A stretch of DNA of 39,267 nucleotides from a virus (IMGVR_UViG_3300025396_000033:1-39267), one strand, 5' to 3'; counted from the stretch's first letter, positions 17,561 to 26,848 are shown. Notes: generated from the sequence alone by a model not told the origin. Numbers and translations are program-made.

Positions 17561-18563
17561 GTAGTACACCTTGATACGGGCTATTAAGCCACTTGCTATA
17601 ATTCTCAGCATTGTCTGCAATTTTTTTAAGTTCATACTTGCCACAAAATTTTAATAAGTGAATTCCCGCCATTGGGATAGTTGTAGAACGAACATCGTTC
17701 TTAATCATTGCATCAACCTTGTCCTTAATGTCCTGGGGTTGTGCCTTCAAATCAATCAATGTTTTGTTTCGTTCATACGCATCTTTTACACGAACCTCTT
17801 TACCATCATGGTCAGTCCAACGTTGTAACATAAAAGTATTATAATTAAATCCTTGCTTGTGACGATCCGCAAACGCTTCACGAATGCCAACTTTATTCTT
17901 ACTTCCAACCTCACGCACACCTGGATATGCAGTAAAAACGTTGTCGGAAGTATCACCTCTGATAATTTTCTTAAACAATAAGTATTCAGGGTCCTCTAAT
18001 AGTTTAGGCTCGTTAGTTTTCTTGTCAATGATTAGTTTGTCTTTATCATTATAGTAGCCATCAAGTTTAATAAGTTCGTTACTAACACCATTATACTGAT
18101 GAACATTGTTAGCAATTAGTTGTACATAATCGCTGTCTGTACTAATAATATAGTGTGTATCGTTTGGATGCAAGTGGATAAAACGTGCAATCACATCATC
18201 AGCCTCTGCTTCGGGATGACGCAATACGCTACAATTTGTTTTAGTCTTTAAATAATTATCCGTGAATTCTGCGTAAGTGTCCCAAAAAAGTTTGTTTTCA
18301 ATCTGTTCTTCCTCAGTCATTGCTTGCACTGCAACTGCACGATGTGCCTTGTATTGTGGGTAGATAGATTTTCTAAACGATTTCCCCTCCAAGCAAAATA
18401 CAACGTGGTCAATACCAAAACGTTTCACTGCTTGATTGACACTAGCAAGTGTTAAATGTAGGGCCATGCCCACCTTCTCCCATGGATCACTATTGCGTGA
18501 TGCAACGTGACGAGCACGGAAGAAAGTATTAGCAGTATCAATGAGGGCGTAAGTGTGTGACAT
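17544..18563 (-). CDS. rnh: T4-type RNase H / 5'-3' flap exonuclease
   Basis: LID..N, FRK.IYPQYKAHR, EADDVIA, ISTDSDY.QL, GDTSDNV...PGV. Confidence 0.92.
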   Translation of the reverse strand: MSHTYALIDTANTFFRARHVASRNSDPWEKVGMALHLTLASVNQAVKRFGIDHVVFCLEGKSFRKSIYPQYKAHRAVAVQAMTEEEQIENKLFWDTYAEFTDNYLKTKTNCSVLRHPEAEADDVIARFIHLHPNDTHYIISTDSDYVQLIANNVHQYNGVSNELIKLDGYYNDKDKLIIDKKTNEPKLLEDPEYLLFKKIIRGDTSDNVFTAYPGVREVGSKNKVGIREAFADRHKQGFNYNTFMLQRWTDHDGKEVRVKDAYERNKTLIDLKAQPQDIKDKVDAMIKNDVRSTTIPMAGIHLLKFCGKYELKKIADNAENYSKWLNSPYQGVLHEETT

Positions 18564-18577
18564 GATTGTATTATACT

Positions 18578-19012
18578 TCAATAAATCTTTTCAAGATAGA
18601 GTTCTGGGCTGATAGTGATGTTTTTACGAGACAAACGCTTATCACCACTATAAGGTAACCATGCATCTTGTACTCGTTGTGTTTTGAACTTATTACTTAT
18701 AATAAATTCTTCAGCCCATGCCTTAACATCTTCAGCAGACATAGATGATTTTTTTGGATCAATGCCCTCAAGCCTCCATTTTTTGCTCTTACGTTTGATT
18801 TTCTCAATTAGAATCTTGCGATGTTTTTGTTTAAAGGATTCTTCAATATCTTCAATTTCATCGACAGGTCCATAGAACAAAAATTTAAAGCATTGATCCT
18901 CGAGACAGTGGGCAGTGTAGTCATCCACTCTCTCGGGATTTTTAGTAATGCCGAATCCTACTTTGAGATTATGGCTCATGACCATAATGTAGAAAAAGAT
19001 CCATTCTTGCAT
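18578..19012 (-). CDS. GIY-YIG-like small protein
   Basis: FFYIM...KVGFGIT.NPERV..Y...IE resembles the GIY-YIG/T5orf172 core. Confidence 0.45.
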   Translation of the reverse strand: MQEWIFFYIMVMSHNLKVGFGITKNPERVDDYTAHCLEDQCFKFLFYGPVDEIEDIEESFKQKHRKILIEKIKRKSKKWRLEGIDPKKSSMSAEDVKAWAEEFIISNKFKTQRVQDAWLPYSGDKRLSRKNITISPELYLEKIY

Positions 19013-19014
19013 GA

Positions 19015-20355
19015 TTATTTTTTCTTCTTAGGTAAAGCAACAGTACGTTTTGTAATTTGCTTACTAGCAGCTAAATGAGCATTAATCTTTTTGATTTCTT
19101 CTGCTTCTAAGTATTGAATTGCATCAATACCTTTATGGACATGCAAATCTTTCAGTGCTTTAATTACAAATGTGCCGCCTAACTTAACATATACTTGATA
19201 TGCAAAATACAACGACAATGTAAAGCCTGCGCCTTTGCCATCTTTATCAGTAAATTGTTCATAGCGATATTGCTTGAATGCCTTTGAAGCCTTTGTCTTC
19301 AATTGATTCATATTGCGATATACACCATGAACTGTAGCATGTAGATCCTGCAAGAACTGTTGCCAGTCTTTGCTATTCATTTCTACATTTTCTTCAAACG
19401 CAAAATCATACAATGTGCCGTAAAAACCTAATTCCGCATTGTCAACTGGTTTGTTATTCCAGAATGTATCTCGTGTTTTGAACACAAATTTGACTTTGCT
19501 ATAGTCAGCGGTTGGAGCTAGAGTTTCAACACCTGCTAAGTGAGTAATTGCTCCTGGCTCACCTACGTCATCATGGTCTATTGGCAAAGGTGTACAGTTA
19601 CAATCTTTTAAAATTTGAATTAAGTTGTATGTGTGTTTGTAAACAGGATTTGCACTAGAATCCAAACGAACTGAAAGATAGTGTTGTTTCCATTTATCAA
19701 ACACATCAATCTTTTTGCTCATTTCACCGTTCAATAACGCAAACGCCTCACGTGCTTTGCTTCGGTCATCTGTCTCAATATAGATAACTAAAATTTTAAA
19801 CTTTGCCCAATTTTTGGGACTGATACGCTTGCCCTTTTCATCAGTCATCAATCCTGCTTGTACAATTGCCGCAGTTGAACTAGCAGTGTGTTGACCGTTG
19901 ACAATTGTCCACTCGTCTTTGTTTGGAGTTTTGATACAGTAGACTGGTTGAAAGCATTGTTCATCATAACTGGTAAAAATGTCAGTAGCATGTCCAACAT
20001 CAAGTTCACGGTTAATGTCTTCGTCTGATTTTAGTTTACCGATTTCTACCTCAGTAACCTTAGGGTAGAGTTTAACACTAAAAGTTTTTTTAGTTTTTTC
20101 GTAACGCTCAACACCTTTATGGTATGCATCATTAGCTTCGCTTTGAATCATTTCCAACAGTTCAGCTACATACTTTTCACGGTACTCACCGACATCACGT
20201 TCCAAAATATTTTCAATCGGTAAATCATTTTGATTACGTTGAACCGGGGTGAAGGTCAACGGGAAAGTAGATTTTTTTGCTGTAGTCATTTTTGCTTTTG
20301 GGTTACCTTTGATTTCAATAAGACCTGCTGGTTTAGTCTTTGTTACTGTCGCCAT
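19015..20355 (-). CDS. ParB/Srx-like (DGQHR-type) domain protein
   Basis: INREL...IVNGQHT...EAFALLNG pattern typical of ParB-like N-terminal folds. Confidence 0.6.
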   Translation of the reverse strand: MATVTKTKPAGLIEIKGNPKAKMTTAKKSTFPLTFTPVQRNQNDLPIENILERDVGEYREKYVAELLEMIQSEANDAYHKGVERYEKTKKTFSVKLYPKVTEVEIGKLKSDEDINRELDVGHATDIFTSYDEQCFQPVYCIKTPNKDEWTIVNGQHTASSTAAIVQAGLMTDEKGKRISPKNWAKFKILVIYIETDDRSKAREAFALLNGEMSKKIDVFDKWKQHYLSVRLDSSANPVYKHTYNLIQILKDCNCTPLPIDHDDVGEPGAITHLAGVETLAPTADYSKVKFVFKTRDTFWNNKPVDNAELGFYGTLYDFAFEENVEMNSKDWQQFLQDLHATVHGVYRNMNQLKTKASKAFKQYRYEQFTDKDGKGAGFTLSLYFAYQVYVKLGGTFVIKALKDLHVHKGIDAIQYLEAEEIKKINAHLAASKQITKRTVALPKKKK

Positions 20356-20389
20356 GATTTATCCCTTAGAGTTGTTAAAATATGCGTCT

Positions 20390-20418
20390 ATTATACAACC
20401 GTTTTGATTAACTGTCAA
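20390..20418 (-). promoter_or_regulatory. Consensus sigma70 promoter
   Basis: TTGACA-17 nt-TATAAT. Confidence 0.9.
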
Positions 20419-20437
20419 CCTTTTTATTTTACTACTT

Positions 20438-20866
20438 TTAACTAACTTCTGTACGCCCGTTGCCCAAGTCACGATTTATGATTGTACGCATATCAGTCAT
20501 ATCTCTGTTTTCAGGATCAGCTTGAACTTGAGCATAAAGTTCTAATGCAACATTGCGACAAACATCATTGAACCAACGATCCACGATATCCTGATCGGTG
20601 TCTTCCTTCTTTTTCATGTACCCTGCTTTTACAAGTTGAGTAATGAAGATACTGTTCCAATCTAATTCAAAAGAACCTGAATGAACATTAGTAGGATCAA
20701 TATCAAAACTTAGAATACTGACATAAGGTTCACCGGCTTCGGTTGCTATCTCTTTAGCACTTTTAACAGGTTGAACTTTCTTTTCTTTCTTTGCTTTAGG
20801 CGCAGGAGCCGGCTTAGGTGCGTCTTTTGTACCTAGTACATTTTTTATTTTATCAAATAATCCCAT
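20438..20866 (-). CDS. Conserved phage protein
   Basis: Start MGLFDKIK; GEPYV...G.FELDWN..F...L...GY...IVDRWF. Confidence 0.7.
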   Translation of the reverse strand: MGLFDKIKNVLGTKDAPKPAPAPKAKKEKKVQPVKSAKEIATEAGEPYVSILSFDIDPTNVHSGSFELDWNSIFITQLVKAGYMKKKEDTDQDIVDRWFNDVCRNVALELYAQVQADPENRDMTDMRTIINRDLGNGRTEVS

Positions 20867-21881
20867 CTTGTTTTGCTTTCTCATATAGTTTGTAGCTGGC
20901 TAGGTTCTTAGCCTTTGATTCGCACATGATATCAAATTTATCTAAGAATGTCAAAGCCCAATCGTTAACTGCATTGTTCCAGTAGTAATCACTGTGAGCA
21001 CGTAGTTTTTGTTTATTGTAACCTTCAGTTAGTAATTGTGCATGATTGGGTGCAACAGTTGCATCATGTCCAACTAATACGTCCTCACGACTAACAGAAT
21101 AGTGCAATGTTGGGCGAACACCTCGCCATGAATCTTGCACACGCTTAACATCATCACTAGTAACACTAATGTATTCACCCTCACGAATCCAATTGTGATG
21201 AATGTCCAATACAACAGGAACCAAGTCAGACAATGATAAACAGTCAGACAAACCATGTGTGTATTCTTCGTTCTCTAGTGTTAAGCCGTTACGTGCCTCA
21301 GGGCTAAGACGCTGGTATACATCCCTAATGCCTTGCGGACCACGGCGTCCTGAGATATGTACATTGATTTTAATATCTTGGAATGACTTTCCAAAACCCA
21401 TAAAGCGGGCCATGTCTGCATGATACTCAAACTCCTCAATAGATTTGTTTACAACTTCGTCACGATCACTTGCCAATACAACAAACTGATCGGGGTGAAA
21501 ACTAACACGAACATCATTAGCACGAGCAGTCTCACCTAATGGTGCAAACCATTTTGCTAGTAAGTCTTGTGTGTTTTGACTTTGCCAAAAGTCTTTGTAG
21601 TCATCATGTGTATAGAATGATAACATGTCGCTGGTTAGTCGCAACATGCGTAGTTCATTAGGAAGTGTTGCGACCTTCTTAATGAGATTGTGGGTATTGA
21701 CAATGTTTGTTTTTGCAACGTCAATAATCTTTTCCTCCACTACACTACGCTTGTTGCGATTTGCCCATGCCATAGTAGTGCCGCCGGTGTTAAGACCCTC
21801 AGCACTGGCGATTTCGCCTTTTTTATTAATCTCTGCCCATTTACAAGCAAAGCCGATACGTTTGATGGATTGATTAGTCAT
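20853..21881 (-). CDS. uvsE: UV-damage endonuclease UvsE/UVDE
   Basis: IGFAC, LRLTSD, RVSFHPDQF.VL.S, NVHISG, LENEE, LDIHH, HYS, AHSD, DIMCESKAK. Confidence 0.93.
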   Translation of the reverse strand: MTNQSIKRIGFACKWAEINKKGEIASAEGLNTGGTTMAWANRNKRSVVEEKIIDVAKTNIVNTHNLIKKVATLPNELRMLRLTSDMLSFYTHDDYKDFWQSQNTQDLLAKWFAPLGETARANDVRVSFHPDQFVVLASDRDEVVNKSIEEFEYHADMARFMGFGKSFQDIKINVHISGRRGPQGIRDVYQRLSPEARNGLTLENEEYTHGLSDCLSLSDLVPVVLDIHHNWIREGEYISVTSDDVKRVQDSWRGVRPTLHYSVSREDVLVGHDATVAPNHAQLLTEGYNKQKLRAHSDYYWNNAVNDWALTFLDKFDIMCESKAKNLASYKLYEKAKQDGII

Positions 21882-21887
21882 TGCAAT

Positions 21888-21916
21888 ATAGTAGCATATT
21901 TATGCTTTATTGTCAA
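21888..21916 (-). promoter_or_regulatory. sigma70 promoter, probably giving a leaderless uvsE mRNA
   Basis: TTGACA-17 nt-TACTAT, 6 nt before the ATG; the spacer also contains ATAAATA. Confidence 0.75.
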
Positions 21917-22736
21917 CCTTTAGCAAATCTTCCATTGTGTATAGTGATTTCATGTATGGGCTAACATCTTCTAGCACACTACTAGCAATATCTCCCGGTC
22001 TGCGAGGTCCATATTTAATATCAAAGTCTACATTATTGACTTTACAAAACAAATTGACAATCTCTCTAACCGTGTATCCTACACCGTGACCCAAACATTC
22101 TATGCTATTGCTTGGCTTTTCAATTGCAGTCTTCAACGCTTCACATATTTCCATGACATGGACGTAATCTCTTACGCATGTACCATCACCATGAATCGTG
22201 TCATAGTCATTACCGTAGATGGTAAACTCACCCTTTTCAGTAGCCTTCATTAGGTTATAGAACAATCCATCGGGATTGGTTGGTTGATATCCTTCACTAC
22301 CTATTACGTTATAAAATCTAAAACTAGTGTAGGGTATTTCTTTTTTGGTACAGTATTCACGCACAACATCTTCTGCTGCCTTCTTGCTTGTACCATATGC
22401 ACTTTCACATTTTTCAGCAGCACCTGTACTAGCAAGTATAAAACTCTTGTACTTGATATTCTTCAATATATTCAGTGTGCCAATCAAATTTGTTTGGTAA
22501 TAACTTTCAGGATTTGATTCGCTCTCTCCTACATTGACAAGTGCAGCCAAATGTATAACTGCATCATACTCAAATCTACTACCATACAATGAACGAATGT
22601 CTTGTGCATAATGCAAGTTTACATTACGCTGTGGTTGGTTGATATCAAGACCATGAATGTCATAATCTGTTTCTAACAACTTTGTTAAGTGGCTCCCAAT
22701 ATAGCCACTGTTGCCTGTGATTAATATTTTTTTCAT
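21900..22736 (-). CDS. NAD-dependent sugar epimerase/dehydratase (GalE-like)
   Basis: GNSGYIG, HLAA, YGTSK, RFYNV, DGTCVRDYVHV, RRPGD. Confidence 0.9.
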   Translation of the reverse strand: MKKILITGNSGYIGSHLTKLLETDYDIHGLDINQPQRNVNLHYAQDIRSLYGSRFEYDAVIHLAALVNVGESESNPESYYQTNLIGTLNILKNIKYKSFILASTGAAEKCESAYGTSKKAAEDVVREYCTKKEIPYTSFRFYNVIGSEGYQPTNPDGLFYNLMKATEKGEFTIYGNDYDTIHGDGTCVRDYVHVMEICEALKTAIEKPSNSIECLGHGVGYTVREIVNLFCKVNNVDFDIKYGPRRPGDIASSVLEDVSPYMKSLYTMEDLLKVDNKA

Positions 22737-24094
22737 TCAAAACTGAACAGATTTACACCTGCTACTTCCTCCGTTGGTTTGTATGTAGGATCTTTACTTA
22801 AGTATGTGTTGTTGTCGGTATACACAACATTACAAAATTTGTAACGGTTACTCAATACACTTTCGAAATCTTCTCTTGCCAAGTGGTCACGATCTAAGTC
22901 TTTGATGTAATCTTTGTAACATACGGTTTCATATGTATTTACCTTAGCTGCGTTATTATTGCTTCTTTTACCTACAAATTCGTCTAAGAACTTGATCCAA
23001 TCTTGTGCTACTGCTGTGTCTAACCACTGTACATACTTCAATGCACCTGTTTCATAGTGTTCTTGAGGAGTAATATTGTATTCTGATTTAATTGCAATAG
23101 CTACATTATTGATTGAAGTCTTAATGAAATACTTACCATCAAAATTGTCTGACCAGTCTTGTGTATTAAGTACGACACAAGGCATGTGACCTAGACATTC
23201 TAAGAATGCGAATGGATAGTTCTCACGTAGACTTGGCATAAAGAATACACTTGCACTTGTAATGAAGTCTACTTTCTCTTGTCCAGTAATGCCAGCTTTA
23301 ATTTCATAGTCAGTTATACCTGCTTCTTCAAATGCTTTTATAAACTTCTTTTCACCATTTGAGTTAGTCATAACTTTACAAGGAAGACCACACTCTTTCA
23401 TTACTTTAATGTATGCTTCTGGGTTCTTGCCTTCCTCCCAACGACCAATAAACAATACACCTTTACGTGCATTAAAACTAGGTTCAAGTAATCCTCTCTC
23501 GCTCATTGGCATAGGCAACAACTTACAATTTGTTGCACCGTACTTAGTCAGTTCATCAATATTCTTTTGACTCTGTGTACCAATGATGATATCACTAAAC
23601 TCCATGTGCTTGTTGTAGAAATTGTGATAGCTATCCAAGAATACATCACTACCTTGACTTTCACGGAAAATCATACTATGTAAATGTGTATAGAAAACGA
23701 CCGGGATATACTTGTTGACTGTCATAGCATATGCCGCAGTCATTGCTTCTTGTGTATTACACACAATCATGTCGTAGATGTTAGTCTCAAACGCTTTCAA
23801 TATGGCTTTACGAAAGTTGATAATCTTCTCAAAGTTGATTGTATCACTAAATGCAAATGTAGCAGTATGGTCACTATAACGTAATGCATCATTTGGATAT
23901 ACAATGTTTGCACCTGCATTTTTGATTACTTCATCAAATGTACCAGTAGGTTGTTTATCTAAAATAACATCTACTTTCCAACCAATACGACCGCACATTT
24001 CTGTAAAACTTTTACAGAAACTACCAATACCACCGTGAGGAATAAAGTGCTGGTCGCTGATTAAGAATGCAATTCTTTTACTGTACAACTTCAT
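22733..24094 (-). CDS. GT-B (GT4-like) glycosyltransferase
   Basis: GGIG, FIGRWEEGKNP, PSLRENYPFAFLE (EX7E). Confidence 0.85.
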   Translation of the reverse strand: MKLYSKRIAFLISDQHFIPHGGIGSFCKSFTEMCGRIGWKVDVILDKQPTGTFDEVIKNAGANIVYPNDALRYSDHTATFAFSDTINFEKIINFRKAILKAFETNIYDMIVCNTQEAMTAAYAMTVNKYIPVVFYTHLHSMIFRESQGSDVFLDSYHNFYNKHMEFSDIIIGTQSQKNIDELTKYGATNCKLLPMPMSERGLLEPSFNARKGVLFIGRWEEGKNPEAYIKVMKECGLPCKVMTNSNGEKKFIKAFEEAGITDYEIKAGITGQEKVDFITSASVFFMPSLRENYPFAFLECLGHMPCVVLNTQDWSDNFDGKYFIKTSINNVAIAIKSEYNITPQEHYETGALKYVQWLDTAVAQDWIKFLDEFVGKRSNNNAAKVNTYETVCYKDYIKDLDRDHLAREDFESVLSNRYKFCNVVYTDNNTYLSKDPTYKPTEEVAGVNLFSFE

Positions 24095-24314
24095 TGAACT
24101 TATCCTGAATAGACTTTATACATACTGCCTTTGTTGCATTAGCTAGGTCGTAGTCATAAGTAGTGCCACCAAAGGTCATTTTTGCTTCATTAACTGAATC
24201 TATGCATTCATTAACAACTAACTGAATCAAATCATCAAGGCGGTCATAGTAGACCCATTTGCCACTAGTGTCAGTCCCTACTTTGTTTACCAATTCTTTT
24301 GTTTTTTCTTTCAT
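24078..24314 (-). CDS. Small protein, distant HFGVE-family member
   Basis: MKEKTKEL...QLVVNECI...IQDKF mirrors the family architecture. Confidence 0.55.
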   Translation of the reverse strand: MKEKTKELVNKVGTDTSGKWVYYDRLDDLIQLVVNECIDSVNEAKMTFGGTTYDYDLANATKAVCIKSIQDKFNEVVQ

Positions 24315-24538
24315 ACTTTTTCTAACAGTCTCAGTTTAATAAATTCTTCTCTACAAATCCATTTGTAATCAGTAAAAAGTTGCCAATGATGTTTATTGTG
24401 TCCACGATAAGCGCCTTTTAACCATATCCATTTATCAGTCTCTAAACATTTATGTGGTAGAAAACAAAACTTGTATACCCAGTTGCGATTTATGCGTTCC
24501 CATTCAATTAGGGATATTCCCTGGTCGTACTCCATCAG
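24311..24538 (-). CDS. Hypothetical protein
   Basis: Coupled ORF (WVYKFCFLPHKC...WIWLK.AY); exact start uncertain. Confidence 0.55.
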   Translation of the reverse strand: MMEYDQGISLIEWERINRNWVYKFCFLPHKCLETDKWIWLKGAYRGHNKHHWQLFTDYKWICREEFIKLRLLEKV

Positions 24539-25377
24539 GTTCCCCATTCGTTTTTGAAGAGGGGCACTTGTAGTCTATCTGAGTAACGCCATCCTTTTCG
24601 CATTGCCATTTCTGCCACTGCTCTGTTGTTTAGAGCGTACACACTCTCAACCCCACCGCAAGGCATAAGATAAACAGGACCGGTAAAGCCACAGCTACGA
24701 TATTCATTTACAGCCCGTTCTGCTTCCTGTAAGTCTTCTTCTGATGCAACCACGAACTTAAGGTATACAAAGCCCACATTTTGGTATTGACGTATAACAT
24801 CAGGGCGTATTGCTTCATTCCAATCTTCTCCACTTATTGATAGTTTAGGACTTACGCTAAAGGTAAGTGCGTTCTTTTCACGATTTCGTTTCCAGTTTTG
24901 TAAAAACTCAACTAGATCACCGCTCAATTCTTGAGTACCATTTGTTTCAAATGTTAGTTCTTTAAGAGCAGCCATACGATAGTTGCTCAATAAATCAGGA
25001 TAGCTTTTTTGCCAACCTAATAACGGTTCACCGCCTGTGATAACCAAGTGCTCATCCATCCAACGCTTGTGAGGAAGTATATCCATAATGCTATCAACAA
25101 TACCACTTGACTCAATCACAGGACTAAGATCCTTAAAACGAGGGTCCCAACTAGCGTAACTATCGCATCCTGTGCTGACGAGAGGAAGTTCTTTGTATGA
25201 GTTATATTTTTCTGGTTGTACATTAAATCTCTCTACTGACAACTCACCTTTAGGCATTCCAAAGCCATCACACTTGAAGTTGCAACCAAATGTGCGTAAG
25301 AACACACTTGGTACACCCATGTAACGACCTTCACCTTGTATACTGTAAAACAGTTCTGATACTTTAATTTTGCTCAT
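24535..25377 (-). CDS. queE: 7-carboxy-7-deazaguanine synthase (radical SAM)
   Basis: [22 protein letters not shown]...GCDS, ITGGEPL, FETNGT, VSPKL, LKFVV; start MSKIKV at 25377 with GGAG RBS. Confidence 0.92.
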   Translation of the reverse strand: MSKIKVSELFYSIQGEGRYMGVPSVFLRTFGCNFKCDGFGMPKGELSVERFNVQPEKYNSYKELPLVSTGCDSYASWDPRFKDLSPVIESSGIVDSIMDILPHKRWMDEHLVITGGEPLLGWQKSYPDLLSNYRMAALKELTFETNGTQELSGDLVEFLQNWKRNREKNALTFSVSPKLSISGEDWNEAIRPDVIRQYQNVGFVYLKFVVASEEDLQEAERAVNEYRSCGFTGPVYLMPCGGVESVYALNNRAVAEMAMRKGWRYSDRLQVPLFKNEWGT

Positions 25378-25555
25378 TTTTACTCCACAATTCAAGTGCT
25401 TTGGCAGGATAAATCTGAACAGAGCCTTTTTCTGTATCACTTTCAACTGCATAACCTTCTGGAGTTAACTCAGTTGAATATGTACCAACAACTGTTCCGT
25501 GCCACTGTGAACCTGAAACCTTTTTTACTAAATCACCTAATTTAAATTTGCTCAT
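25364..25555 (-). CDS. dfrB: Type II (R67/DfrB-family) dihydrofolate reductase homolog
   Basis: [52 protein letters not shown] matches the R67 core ([52 protein letters not shown], recalled), including catalytic VQIY. Confidence 0.88.
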   Translation of the reverse strand: MSKFKLGDLVKKVSGSQWHGTVVGTYSTELTPEGYAVESDTEKGSVQIYPAKALELWSKNEQN

Positions 25556-26049
25556 GCGAATAAATCCTCATTCCATTCTCTGTGGCCTTCCCTAAAAGCC
25601 ATGTTACTTTGTGTTTCTCTAACTTCTACCCTATAGCACCAAAGTCGTTCTGCTTCTCCTGGACCCCACATGTCAGGAATGTAAACTCCATTGATATACT
25701 TATAAAGCATATTGCTAAGACCTTCACAACCTAGTTTGGATAGCACAACAATTTTTGCCATGTTTTTTTCTTGTAATAGTTTAAATGTTTCAAGTTCCGG
25801 GTCATCAGAACTGACCAGAAGGGTATGGTCGAACATATCCTCTAACAACTTCTTCAATTCTTTTAGTCCGCCATAGTCTGCGGCCCAATGGCGAACATCA
25901 AGGTCGTTGGTACCAAAGTAGAACTTCATACTGAAGCTGTAACCATGAATTAGATTGCAATGGCTGTCGGCTCGCCATTGACGATAAGCGCATGGAAATG
26001 CGTCATGGTACTCTTTAGTACTTGTATATTTGTATGTTATTGGTTGCAT
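25552..26049 (-). CDS. queD: 6-carboxy-5,6,7,8-tetrahydropterin synthase
   Basis: C.LIHGY zinc-binding motif, D.G.LK...FDH.LL, GCE, V.VRET. Confidence 0.9.
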   Translation of the reverse strand: MQPITYKYTSTKEYHDAFPCAYRQWRADSHCNLIHGYSFSMKFYFGTNDLDVRHWAADYGGLKELKKLLEDMFDHTLLVSSDDPELETFKLLQEKNMAKIVVLSKLGCEGLSNMLYKYINGVYIPDMWGPGEAERLWCYRVEVRETQSNMAFREGHREWNEDLFA

Positions 26050-26067
26050 TAATTTTCTCCTATGTTA

Positions 26068-26096
26068 ATTATAGCATAGGCGGCAGAATTTATCAA
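26068..26096 (-). promoter_or_regulatory. sigma70 promoter embedded in structured queD leader
   Basis: TTGATA-17 nt-TATAAT with extended TGn; overlaps inverted repeats (see findings). Confidence 0.6.
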
Positions 26097-26123
26097 GCGG
26101 GTTGACGCCCAAGACCGCTATCT

Positions 26124-26585
26124 TTATTTACCTTTTTGTGCTTCTGCGACCCTTTTTCTTAGTCCACTTGAACTGAATGAATGGTCACGACTATTGAACA
26201 CATGGTTGATACCTTTTTGAGCACCTTGAGCACGACCGGTAAAGTCTTGGCTTTGATACTCTACACCTAAGATACGAACATCAATAGGAAGAATCAATAT
26301 CAAGTCAATCAAATCTTGTTCCGTTTGGTAAACAACGATTTCATCAACATAACGGCATGCCGCCAATTGAATTTGTCTTTCCACCACTGATTGTACAGGT
26401 TTGTTTTTTGTATCTGGTCTATCAATTGTGGGGTCAGTCTGGAGCCCTGCAATAAGATAGTCGCAATGATTTTTAGCCTCAGATAGCATAGCAATATGCC
26501 CCGCATGAAGTAGGTCAAAAGTTGAGAAAGTAATTCCAATTATCTTTCCATCCTGTTTAAGTTTTTTAATTTTATTGAATATCAT
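26124..26585 (-). CDS. TagD-like (glycerol-3-phosphate) cytidylyltransferase
   Basis: FDLLHAGH (HxGH), L..GL.TD, ER...L.ACRYVDE, R.HSFSSS.LR. Confidence 0.88.
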   Translation of the reverse strand: MIFNKIKKLKQDGKIIGITFSTFDLLHAGHIAMLSEAKNHCDYLIAGLQTDPTIDRPDTKNKPVQSVVERQIQLAACRYVDEIVVYQTEQDLIDLILILPIDVRILGVEYQSQDFTGRAQGAQKGINHVFNSRDHSFSSSGLRKRVAEAQKGK

Positions 26586-26848
26586 ATTAACTCGCTAAGT
26601 TCTTCTACTAATGGTTCTGGTTCACCAAATTCACCAAAGCCCCATGTTAATTCGTACTCTTTACCTGCATGAAAATATGTTTCAGTAAAGGTTCGTTGAT
26701 TGTTGCTTGACTCAGCTGGCTCGACTAACGCAAGAAGTGTAAGCATGTGTTCACGCTCAATACCTTCTAATGTCCTACGCTTTTTCATGCCTATACTTTT
26801 AAGAAAGGCAAGTGCTTCTTCTTTTGAACTAAAAGGTGAACGATTCAT
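26582..26848 (-). CDS. Hypothetical protein
   Basis: Likely start MNRSPF, ATGA-coupled. Confidence 0.55.
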   Translation of the reverse strand: MNRSPFSSKEEALAFLKSIGMKKRRTLEGIEREHMLTLLALVEPAESSNNQRTFTETYFHAGKEYELTWGFGEFGEPEPLVEELSELI

